Made by a program: the position numbers and the translations under genes
The notes under the pieces: model-generated
Seen by the model: the letters and a program-made list of their open reading frames with translations, nothing else
Databases searched by the model: none
Told to the model about the DNA's origin: nothing
In this document: one piece after another, positions 25,143 to 32,000 of the stretch
How the letters are laid out: the number at the start of each line of letters is the position of its first letter
Position numbering within the stretch: position 1 is the stretch's first letter
From: Chloroflexota bacterium
GTDB lineage: Bacteria > Chloroflexota > Anaerolineae > UBA4142
Length of the DNA: 32,000 nucleotides
Reading direction: 5' to 3'
NCBI GenBank assembly: GCA_016219275.1
Contig: JACRBM010000076.1
Coordinates: 18,255 to 50,254, forward strand

Positions 25143-25161
25143 CTCTTCCAGCCTGCTTGTG

Positions 25162-25806
25162 ATGACCAAGACTCGCATCCTCCTTGCCGACGATCACGCG
25201 GTTTTGCGTTCCGGTTTGAAAATGCTGTTGAACGCGCAAGACGACATGCTCGTTGTCGGCGAAGCGACCAATGGCTTGGAGGCGCTCGCGGCAGTGCGCG
25301 AACATGTGCCCGATCTGCTCATCCTCGACATCACCATGCCCAAGACCGATGGCTTGCAGATTCTGAGTCAGGTCAAACGCGCCCAACCAAACGTGCGCGT
25401 GCTCATTCTGACGATGCATGAGGAAGAAGGGTACTTGCGCCGCGCGCTCGAAGCCGGCGCGGCGGGCTATTGTCCCAAAAGCGCGGCGGACGCGGAATTG
25501 ATTTCCGCGATTCGCGCGGTGATGCGCGGCAACGTCTACATTCATCCCTCGCACGCGAAAATCTTGATTGACAAGATGATCCCTTCTAACGCGCCGAGCA
25601 CGTCTACTGCCGAACTGAGCGAACGCGAACGCGCGGTCTTGAAACTCGTCGCGCTCGGACACACCAATCAAGACATCGCGCAACAATTGTCGCTCAGCGT
25701 CAAGACCGTCGAGAGTTATCGCGCGCGCGGCATGGAAAAACTGGGATTGACGAGCCGCGCCGCGCTCGTGCGGTACGCGATTCAAGAAGGGTGGATGGTT
25801 GAATAG
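25162..25806 (+). CDS. Response regulator, NarL/FixJ (LuxR-type HTH) family
   Basis: REC domain ILLADDHAVLRSGL...DLLILDITMPKTDG. C-terminal HTH LSERERAVLKLVALGHTNQDIAQQLSLSVKTVESYRARGMEKLG. Confidence 0.9.
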   Translation: MTKTRILLADDHAVLRSGLKMLLNAQDDMLVVGEATNGLEALAAVREHVPDLLILDITMPKTDGLQILSQVKRAQPNVRVLILTMHEEEGYLRRALEAGAAGYCPKSAADAELISAIRAVMRGNVYIHPSHAKILIDKMIPSNAPSTSTAELSERERAVLKLVALGHTNQDIAQQLSLSVKTVESYRARGMEKLGLTSRAALVRYAIQEGWMVE

Positions 25807-25814
25807 TTCGATAG

Positions 25815-25870
25815 TTTGATCGTGCAATAGTGCGATCGTTGTCAAACTGTCGCACTATTGCACAATCAAA
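25815..25870. repeat. 21-bp inverted repeat (TTTGATCGTGCAATAGTGCGA ... TCGCACTATTGCACAATCAAA, 1 mismatch)
   Basis: The arms at 25815-25835 and 25850-25870 are separated by a 14-nt loop. It starts 9 nt after the response-regulator stop, and no T-tract follows. Confidence 0.75.
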
Positions 25871-25887
25871 CCGGAAAACTACTGCAA

Positions 25888-25968
25888 GGTTTTCCCCGCC
25901 ACATTCCACGAAACGCGAGGGATTTCCCTCGCATTGTGTCGAGCATCACAGGATTTCCCTGCTACAAT
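25888..25968 (+). promoter_or_regulatory. Candidate control region of the Mo-enzyme operon (GGATTTCCCT repeats, palindrome, TACAAT box)
   Basis: The exact 10-mer GGATTTCCCT occurs at 25920-25929 and 25951-25960, 31 bp apart. A related GGTTTTCCCC sits at 25888-25897. The first exact copy is part of the palindrome GCGAGGGA-tt-TCCCTCGC (25915-25932). TACAAT is at 25963-25968. Confidence 0.4.
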
Positions 25969-25994
25969 CCATTATTCATTCACGTTAGAATCAG

Positions 25995-26035
25995 ACCAGA
26001 GAGCAACAAAGATGTCTCTCTGGTTTTTTATTTTT
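25995..26035 (+). terminator. Terminator-like hairpin plus T-tract in the leader, immediately before the RBS of the FeS-subunit gene
   Basis: ACCAGAGAG-caacaaagatgt-CTCTCTGGT is followed by TTTTTATTTTT. AAGGAGG and the ATG at 26049 follow directly. Confidence 0.55.
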
Positions 26036-26048
26036 CAAGGAGGTAAGG

Positions 26049-26840
26049 ATGCCTGTCACGACACAAGAACTCGTCCAATTCGTCGTCAGCAGCGCGCCGG
26101 TCGGAATGCCCGAAGATCCGCTTCTCAGAATGCAAGAGGATTTGAAGCGCGCGTTAAAGAAAGACGTCAAAGCGCGCCGTTGGGCGATGGTGCTCGATCT
26201 ACGCAAATGCGTCGGTTGTTCATCCTGCACGATTGCGTGCATCGTCGAAAACAAACTGCCGCCCGGCGTGGTGTACCGCCCGGTGCTGGAAGAAGAAATC
26301 GGCACGTATCCGAACGTGACGCGCCGCTTTGTGCCGCGTCCGTGCATGCAGTGCGACAATCCCCCGTGCGTGAACGTGTGCCCGGTCAACGCGACGTTCA
26401 AACGCGCGGATGGTATCATCGAAGTCAATTACGATCAATGCATCGGTTGCCGGTACTGCGTGACCGCGTGTCCGTATGGCGCGCGCACATTTGACTTTGG
26501 CGAAAAGTACACGAACCGCGCGCCAACCCAGGAAGGAATCATCGTCGGACGCGCACGCGTCGAGCCGTACGAAACGGCTGCCAGTTACGAGTATGGTCGC
26601 GTATGGGAACGCAAGGGGCAGGACTCACCGATTGGCAACGTCCGCAAGTGTCACTTTTGTCTTCATCGTTTGAACGCCGGAATGTTACCCGCCTGCGTGA
26701 CGACGTGCATTGGGCGCGCCACGTACTTTGGCGATGCCAATGACCCGGACGCGCTCATCAGTAGTTTGATTGGCTCGGCGAACGTCACGCGATTGAAAGA
26801 AGAACTCGGCACACAACCCAAAGTGCACTATTTGCTCTAG
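26049..26840 (+). CDS. 4Fe-4S ferredoxin-type electron-transfer subunit of a molybdopterin oxidoreductase (TtrB/PsrB/NrfC-like)
   Basis: Four cluster motifs are present: [37 protein letters not shown] and CHFC...CVTTC. No signal peptide is present, so it presumably hitchhikes with the Tat-exported catalytic subunit. Confidence 0.9.
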   Translation: MPVTTQELVQFVVSSAPVGMPEDPLLRMQEDLKRALKKDVKARRWAMVLDLRKCVGCSSCTIACIVENKLPPGVVYRPVLEEEIGTYPNVTRRFVPRPCMQCDNPPCVNVCPVNATFKRADGIIEVNYDQCIGCRYCVTACPYGARTFDFGEKYTNRAPTQEGIIVGRARVEPYETAASYEYGRVWERKGQDSPIGNVRKCHFCLHRLNAGMLPACVTTCIGRATYFGDANDPDALISSLIGSANVTRLKEELGTQPKVHYLL

Positions 26841-26857
26841 TCAAGGGGAGAACCAAC

Positions 26858-27988
26858 ATGTTAAAACGATTACTTTACGTTGCCAGCACAGTTGCGATTG
26901 TCGCTGGTCTGTGGGGTTTGTCCGAACGTCTCATGTTCGGTCACGAAAGCGCCGCGTACGGCAGTTACGTCGTGTGGGGCTTTTGGGTGGCGATGTACTT
27001 GTTCTTCGTCGGAATTGCCGCGGGCGCGTTCATCGTCGCGACGCTAGACTATGTGTTCAACGTCGCGCTGTTCAAAGGCACGGGACGCCTCGCCTTGTAC
27101 CTGACCCTGATCACACTCGGCGCGGGCTTGCTCCACATCTGGTTCGACCTGGGACATCTGGAGCGTATTTGGAAAGTCTATCTGCAAGGCAGCGCCAACT
27201 CGGTGATGGCACAGATCGTGTGGGGGTACACGACGTTCGGGCTACTTTCGCTCATCGCGCTCATCCTGACGTTTCGTCCCGCGCAGGCAAAATGGCTCAA
27301 GGTCTTGATGGCGATAGGCATTCCGCTGGCGATCTTCCTGAGTGGCGCGGTCGGCGCGCTGATGGGTGTGCAAGCCGCGCGCGCGTTCTGGCACGTCGGC
27401 TTGTTCCCTGTCCAGTTCCCGTTCTTTGCGCTTGCATCGGGCGCTGCTGTGATGATGGGCGCGCTGGGCTTGTTCGGCGATCCAAAAGACGCGCGCTTGC
27501 CCCAGCAGTTGTGGGTGCTCGCGGTTGCCAGCATCGCGTTGCAAATCATCAAACTCTATTTCCTGTGGGCAGATTTTTCGCAGAGTTTGTACGGCGGCGT
27601 CCCGCAAAATGTCGCGGCAGTCAACGAAGTGATGTTTGGGCAATACTGGTGGGGGTTTTGGATTTTGCAAATCGGAATCGGTTCGCTATTGCCCCTCATC
27701 GTTTTGCTATTGCCGGGAATGGCACGGCGTCCGCAAATGGTTGGCTGGATAGGCGTGTGCCTGCTCATCGGCTTTGCCGTCGCGCGCGCTAACATCGTAT
27801 TCCCCGCGCTGACTGTACCCGAATTGGACGCGCTCATCTCGGCATTCCAAGACTCGCGTCTGCAGTTCGCCTATTTTCCCAGTGTGATGGAATGGGCGCT
27901 CTCTGCCGGCATCATCGGACTGGCGACTGCCGCGTTTTTGGTCGGCTATGATCGTCTGCCGCTTGCGCCGCGTGGGAGCGAGGCGTGA
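26858..27988 (+). CDS. NrfD/PsrC/TtrC-type integral membrane quinol-interacting subunit
   Basis: About 8-10 TM helices with a typical NrfD-family N-terminus (YGSYVVWGFWVAMYLFFVGIAAGAF). The gene sits between the FeS and Mo subunit genes. Confidence 0.85.
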   Translation: MLKRLLYVASTVAIVAGLWGLSERLMFGHESAAYGSYVVWGFWVAMYLFFVGIAAGAFIVATLDYVFNVALFKGTGRLALYLTLITLGAGLLHIWFDLGHLERIWKVYLQGSANSVMAQIVWGYTTFGLLSLIALILTFRPAQAKWLKVLMAIGIPLAIFLSGAVGALMGVQAARAFWHVGLFPVQFPFFALASGAAVMMGALGLFGDPKDARLPQQLWVLAVASIALQIIKLYFLWADFSQSLYGGVPQNVAAVNEVMFGQYWWGFWILQIGIGSLLPLIVLLLPGMARRPQMVGWIGVCLLIGFAVARANIVFPALTVPELDALISAFQDSRLQFAYFPSVMEWALSAGIIGLATAAFLVGYDRLPLAPRGSEA

Positions 27989-28025
27989 AACGTCAACTAG
28001 AGTGATAATGGGCGAATAAGGAGAA

Positions 28026-31000
28026 ATGAAAATGGATGACCAAAATAAAATTCTCGATAAACCGATTCCCGACATCACGCGCCGCGATTTTCTGAAAATC
28101 TCCGCGTTCCTCGGCGGCTCGGCGGCGATGGCGGGAACGTTGAACGTCGCGTGGGACATGATGACGAACTCGGCGGCAGCCGCGGCGGAGCAGGGGTATT
28201 CGCTCGCGAATCCGGCGAACATCATTTACAGCGTGTGCCAACAGTGCAACACCAACTGCGGCATCAAAGTTAAAATCATCAACGGCGTCGTTTCGAAAAT
28301 TGACGGCAACCCGTTCAACCCATTCACCTTGAATCCGCACCTGGCATACAAAACGACGATGGCGGAAGCCGCGACGATTGACGGCGCGGTCTGCCCCAAG
28401 GCGCACGCGGCGATTCAAACGACGTACGATCCGTATCGCCTGGTCAAGGTGCTCAAGCGCGCGGGCAAACGCGGCGAGAACAAATGGCAGACGATCGAAT
28501 TCGACAAAGCGATCGCCGAAATCGTCGAGGGTGGCAAACTCTTCGCGAACGTGCCGGGCGAAGAAAATCGCGCCGTGACCGGCTTGAAAGAAATGTACGC
28601 GCTCAAAGACCCCAAGGTTGCTAAAGCGATGGCGGACGCGCTGCCGCCCATCCTCGCAGAAAAAGACAAGGACAAGAAAAAAGCGCTCGTCGCCGCGTTC
28701 AAAGAAAAGTTCAAGAACGATCTCGACAAATTGATTGATCCCGATCATCCGGATCTCGGACCCAAAAACAATCAGTTGAATTTCTCGTGGGGACGCTTGA
28801 AGGGCGGACGTTCGGATTTCATCAATCGCTTTACGCGCGATGCGTTCGGCTCGACGAACGCGCACGGACACACGACCGTGTGCCAGGGCTCGCTGTACTT
28901 TTCCGGCAAGGCGATGAGCGAGCAATTCAGTGCGGGCAGTTTCACCGGCGGTGAAAAATTCTATTGGCAAGCCGACACGGAAAATGCCGAGTTCGTTTTG
29001 TTCGTCGGCGCATCGCCATTCGAAGGCAACTATGGTCCGTCGAATCGCGTGCCGCGCATCACGAATCGTCTCGTCACCGGCGAGTTGAAATTCGCGGTGA
29101 TTGACCCGCGCCTTTCGAAACTCGCGGCGAAAGCGTGGAAGTGGATGCCGAACAAACCCGGCACCGAAGGCGCGCTCGCGCTCGCGCTCATTCGCTATCT
29201 CGTCGAGAATAAAAAGTACGACGAGAAATTCCTTCGCAACGCGAACAAAGCCGCGGCGACCGCGAACAAGGAAGCGTCGTGGTGCAACGCGACCTGGCTT
29301 GTCAAGCTGGATGACAAGGGCGCGCCGACCGTGTTCTTGCGCGGCAGTGAAGCCGGCATCGCGACGAAAGAGACCGTCAAGGACAAGGACGGCAAGGACC
29401 TGAACGTTTGGAAAGCCGGCGATAAAGAATTCGCGTTCGATCCGCTCGTCGCGCTCGTGGACGGCAAGCCGGTCGCGCTCGACCCGAACGATGAAAAGAC
29501 CGCGGTCGTTGGCGATCTCGTCGTGGACGCGTCGGTCAAGGATTTCAAAGTGAAATCGGGTTTTGTGATCTTGACCGAATCGGCGAACGCGAACGAATTT
29601 TCCAAGTGGGCGGAGATCGCCGGCGTGAACGCGCGCGACCTCGAAGAAATTGCGCGCGAGTTGACGCAGCATGGCAAGAAAGCGGTGTGCGATATTCACC
29701 GCGGCGTGTCGCAACACACGAACGGTTTTTACAACGTGCTCGCGTGGAACAATCTCAATCTCTTGCTCGGCAATTATGATTGGAAGGGTGGGTTCGTGCG
29801 CGTCTCGACGTACGACGCGGCGGGCGCAAAAGCGGCGGGACCTTTCGATCTGGGCAAGATGGTGCCGAACAAACACAATCCGTTCGGACTTTCGATCATT
29901 CGCCACGACGCCAAGTATGACGAGTCCACGCTCTTCGAGGGCTATCCCGCGAAACGCAATTGGTATCCGCTCGCGTCGGACATTTATCAGGAACTGATTC
30001 CTTCGATGGGCGACGCGTATCCGTACCAAATCAAAGCGTTGTTTTTGTACATGGGTTCGCCGGTGTACTCGCTGCCGGCTGGCAACACGAACATTGACAT
30101 TCTCGCCGATCCGAACAAGATTCCGCTGTTCGTCACGAGCGACATCGTCGTCGGCGAAACGTCAATGTACGCGGATTACATCTTCCCCGATTTGTCGAAT
30201 CTCGAACGCTGGGAATTTGCCGGCTCGCATCCTTCGATGACGGTCAAGGTTCAACCGGTGCGCCAGCCGACCATCGCGCCGCTCATCGAGACGGTGAAGG
30301 TGTACGGGCGCGAAATGCCGCTCTCGCTCGAAGCGATGATCCTGGGTCTCGCAGAAAAACTCAACCTGCCGAATTTCGGTCCGCACGGTTTCGGCGAAGG
30401 CAAATCGCTGACGCACATGAACGACCTGTACGTGCGGATGGTCGCGAACCTGGCGTTCGGCGAAAAGAGCGACGGCTCGGACGGCGTGCCGGACGCGGAT
30501 GACGCGGAACAGAAATTGTTCCTCGACGCGCGCAAGCACTTGCCCAAGACGGTGTTCGACCCCGATGCGTGGAAAGCGCTGGTCGGCGACAAGTTGTGGG
30601 CAAAATTCGTCACGGTGCTGAATCGCGGCGGACGCTTCCAGGATTACGCGAAAATTTACGACGGCGACAAGGTCGCGAACAAGTACGGCAAACTGATCAA
30701 TCTATATCAGGAAAAGACCGCGAAACTGAAGCACGCGATGACGGGCAAACCCATCCTGGGTTATCCCACCTTCATCCCGCCCGGCATGGATGTCACGCAG
30801 AATCCCTTGCCGGACGAAGGGCAAGGATTCGATCTGTCGCTCATCACGTACCGCGAAATCTATCAAACGAAATCGCGCACGGCGACGAACTATTGGCTGT
30901 TGGCGCTTTTGCCGGAAAACTTTATCCTGATGAACGCGCACGATGCGGCGAAACGCGGCTTGCAGAACGGCGATCGCGTGCGCGTCGTCTCGGCGACGAA

Positions 31001-31304
31001 TCCGAACGGCGAATGGGATCTGAAGAATGGACAAAAAGTTCCCATCGTCGGCAAGTTAAAAGTTGTGCAAGGGATTCGCCCCGGCGTCGTTTCGTTCCCG
31101 CTCGGCTTTGGACACTTTGCCTACGGTGGCGTGGACGTGACGATTGACGGCGCGGTGGTCAAGGGCGACGTGCGCCGCACACGCGGCGTGCACGCGAACG
31201 CGGCAATGCGCGTGGATCCGTACCTCAAGAATACGACGCTCGTTGATTCGTTCGGCGGCAGCGCCGTGTTCTACGATACCAAAGTCAAAGTGGTGAAGGC
31301 ATAG
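28026..31304 (+). CDS. Molybdopterin (bis-MGD) oxidoreductase catalytic subunit, Tat-exported, TtrA/SrdA-like; substrate unresolved
   Basis: Twin-arginine signal [21 protein letters not shown]. The N-terminal FS0 motif is CQQCNTNC...C. A candidate Mo-ligand Cys lies in [10 protein letters not shown]. The gene encodes 1092 aa. The start is at 28026 or, better spaced from AAGGAG, at 28032. Confidence 0.9.
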   Translation: MKMDDQNKILDKPIPDITRRDFLKISAFLGGSAAMAGTLNVAWDMMTNSAAAAAEQGYSLANPANIIYSVCQQCNTNCGIKVKIINGVVSKIDGNPFNPFTLNPHLAYKTTMAEAATIDGAVCPKAHAAIQTTYDPYRLVKVLKRAGKRGENKWQTIEFDKAIAEIVEGGKLFANVPGEENRAVTGLKEMYALKDPKVAKAMADALPPILAEKDKDKKKALVAAFKEKFKNDLDKLIDPDHPDLGPKNNQLNFSWGRLKGGRSDFINRFTRDAFGSTNAHGHTTVCQGSLYFSGKAMSEQFSAGSFTGGEKFYWQADTENAEFVLFVGASPFEGNYGPSNRVPRITNRLVTGELKFAVIDPRLSKLAAKAWKWMPNKPGTEGALALALIRYLVENKKYDEKFLRNANKAAATANKEASWCNATWLVKLDDKGAPTVFLRGSEAGIATKETVKDKDGKDLNVWKAGDKEFAFDPLVALVDGKPVALDPNDEKTAVVGDLVVDASVKDFKVKSGFVILTESANANEFSKWAEIAGVNARDLEEIARELTQHGKKAVCDIHRGVSQHTNGFYNVLAWNNLNLLLGNYDWKGGFVRVSTYDAAGAKAAGPFDLGKMVPNKHNPFGLSIIRHDAKYDESTLFEGYPAKRNWYPLASDIYQELIPSMGDAYPYQIKALFLYMGSPVYSLPAGNTNIDILADPNKIPLFVTSDIVVGETSMYADYIFPDLSNLERWEFAGSHPSMTVKVQPVRQPTIAPLIETVKVYGREMPLSLEAMILGLAEKLNLPNFGPHGFGEGKSLTHMNDLYVRMVANLAFGEKSDGSDGVPDADDAEQKLFLDARKHLPKTVFDPDAWKALVGDKLWAKFVTVLNRGGRFQDYAKIYDGDKVANKYGKLINLYQEKTAKLKHAMTGKPILGYPTFIPPGMDVTQNPLPDEGQGFDLSLITYREIYQTKSRTATNYWLLALLPENFILMNAHDAAKRGLQNGDRVRVVSATNPNGEWDLKNGQKVPIVGKLKVVQGIRPGVVSFPLGFGHFAYGGVDVTIDGAVVKGDVRRTRGVHANAAMRVDPYLKNTTLVDSFGGSAVFYDTKVKVVKA

Positions 31305-31327
31305 AGCGAATTCCGGTTTGGTTTATA

Positions 31328-31365
31328 GTATTGTAGAGACGTTGCATCCAACGTCTCTACAATAC
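31328..31365. repeat. 17-bp perfect inverted repeat (GTATTGTAGAGACGTTG-catc-CAACGTCTCTACAATAC)
   Basis: It begins 24 nt after the Mo-subunit stop and is the first of three stacked hairpins. Confidence 0.8.
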
Positions 31366-31409
31366 CAACCGTAAATCAAGGTGGAATCTGCTCTAAGATA
31401 AACTGCATA

Positions 31410-31435
31410 CCTTCCAGGTTTCCAAACCTGGAAGG
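31410..31435. repeat. REP-A variant (CCTTCCAGGTTT-cc-AAACCTGGAAGG)
   Basis: It shares the CCAGGTTTC/GAAACCTGG core with copies 1-4, but the arms meet directly. Confidence 0.7.
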
Positions 31436-31453
31436 AATAATTTTCAACGCCGC

Positions 31454-31491
31454 TGCCAGTCTCTTTCCTGGGACTGGCATTTTTATTTTTT
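31454..31491 (+). terminator. Intrinsic terminator of the Mo-enzyme operon
   Basis: TGCCAGTC-tctttcctgg-GACTGGCA followed by TTTTTATTTTTT. Confidence 0.65.
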
Positions 31492-31807
31492 GGGACATGT
31501 CCCCACGCCTTCTCCACATCGTGTTACCCAGGAACCTGGGAGACCTGGGATGCGATCAGTGCCCCGCATAGAGTGACAGTTCATTGGCGAGTGAGTTTTA
31601 CGTCGCTACCAAAACACGCGTTCCGTAGTTTGTACGGATGCGACCACTCGATTTATTTTCTATTTCTTCACCGAATTATTCCGCGTTGAAAATCCCAGTT
31701 TAGTACGCTTCCCCACCAGACCACCCGCCGCTATAATCGGTGCACTGATGCGCTGATAAATTATTGATCCATTTTTTTCCGAGATCAACCGGCATCCAGG
31801 TTGTCCA

Positions 31808-32000
31808 ATGTATTCCAATCCTTTACCCGCTTTACCAATTGAAACAGTCGAAGCGACCAAAGCCCTGTTCGGCAAAAAGAATGTGTATGTCATGATCGGC
31901 GATATGGCAGATTCACTGTTCGCGGATATTGACCTGGCATGCCTGTATCCGGAGGAGGGCATTCCCAAAGAGTTTCCTTATCTTTCTAGTCTCGTGCTCA
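31808..32000 (+). mobile_element. 5' end of an IS1182/IS5-like (DUF772-type N-terminus) transposase gene, truncated by the window edge
   Basis: The translation MYSNPLPALPIETVEATKALFGKKNVYVMIGDMADSLFADIDLACLYPEEGIPKEFPYLSSLVL follows the pattern IP..TV.....F...N.Y....D.....F.D.D...LYP..G.P...P..L..V.L remembered from IS1182-family transposases. GC drops visibly from about 31500. Confidence 0.5.

Noticed and set aside
25111-25845. 244-aa minus-strand ORF
   Set aside because: It is antisense to the NarL-type response regulator, whose REC and LuxR-HTH motifs are unambiguous.
25871-26048. Possible Moco or other riboswitch in the leader of the Mo-enzyme operon
   Set aside because: A terminator-like expression platform is present, but I could not recognise the conserved Moco-motif junction sequences or helices by eye. 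The hairpin is kept only as a generic attenuator candidate pending a covariance-model scan.
25934-26494. 186-aa plus-strand ORF starting in the leader (includes [11 protein letters not shown])
   Set aside because: It is out of frame with, and overlaps, the FeS-subunit gene, whose four Cys-cluster motifs are clear. Its Arg-rich translation is not protein-like.
26911-27792. 293-aa plus-strand ORF out of frame with the NrfD-type gene
   Set aside because: It is an Arg-rich alternative frame of a clear multi-TM gene and has no independent start signal.
27993-30029. 678-aa ORF on the minus strand
   Set aside because: It is entirely antisense to the well-supported Mo-subunit and NrfD genes. The sequence is Arg/His/Phe-rich and low in complexity, with no RBS or recognisable motif. 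Such shadow ORFs are typical of high-GC coding regions.
31660-31968. 102-aa minus-strand ORF
   Set aside because: It overlaps the plus-strand transposase-like N-terminus and has no RBS or motif. The plus-strand reading gives a recognisable family pattern.

Overview
High-GC bacterial chromosomal window. The gene content and the many intergenic hairpin repeats suggest Chloroflexota, but this is tentative and no rRNA or tRNA is present to confirm it. From left to right the window contains: (1) A MacB/FtsX-type ABC exporter (ATPase plus fused 810-aa permease) with a divergent TetR regulator and a palindromic operator. (2) A LacI-linked minus-strand run of oxidoreductase and hydrolase genes (AKR, Gfo/Idh/MocA, MBL-fold, AKR). 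It faces a plus-strand trio (Ldh_2-family dehydrogenase, D-2-hydroxyacid dehydrogenase, RraA-like aldolase). (3) An orphan MacB-type ABC ATPase, an ECF sigma factor and a small membrane protein. (4) A nine-gene minus-strand metal(loid) island: arsR, arsC, a thioredoxin-like gene, an ArsP-like permease, acr3, a second arsR and arsM, running without a break into hgcA-hgcB, the corrinoid/ferredoxin pair for mercury methylation. (5) A PhnD-like lipoprotein, a HAMP-GAF histidine kinase and a NarL-type response regulator. A low-GC DUF4258/DUF2283 toxin-antitoxin-like pair sits between the kinase and the regulator. (6) A B-C-A-ordered, Tat-exported molybdopterin oxidoreductase (FeS subunit, NrfD-type membrane subunit, 1092-aa catalytic subunit) of the TtrBCA/SrdBCA type. 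(7) Three stacked hairpins and the 5' end of an IS1182-like transposase at the right edge. The most notable points are the arsM-hgcAB operon fusion under an ArsR with a consensus promoter and paired operators, and the split-sensor three-component regulator beside a Ttr-like Mo enzyme adjoining the ars island. There are also at least six families of intergenic palindromes. All calls rest on reading motifs by eye; no database search was run.
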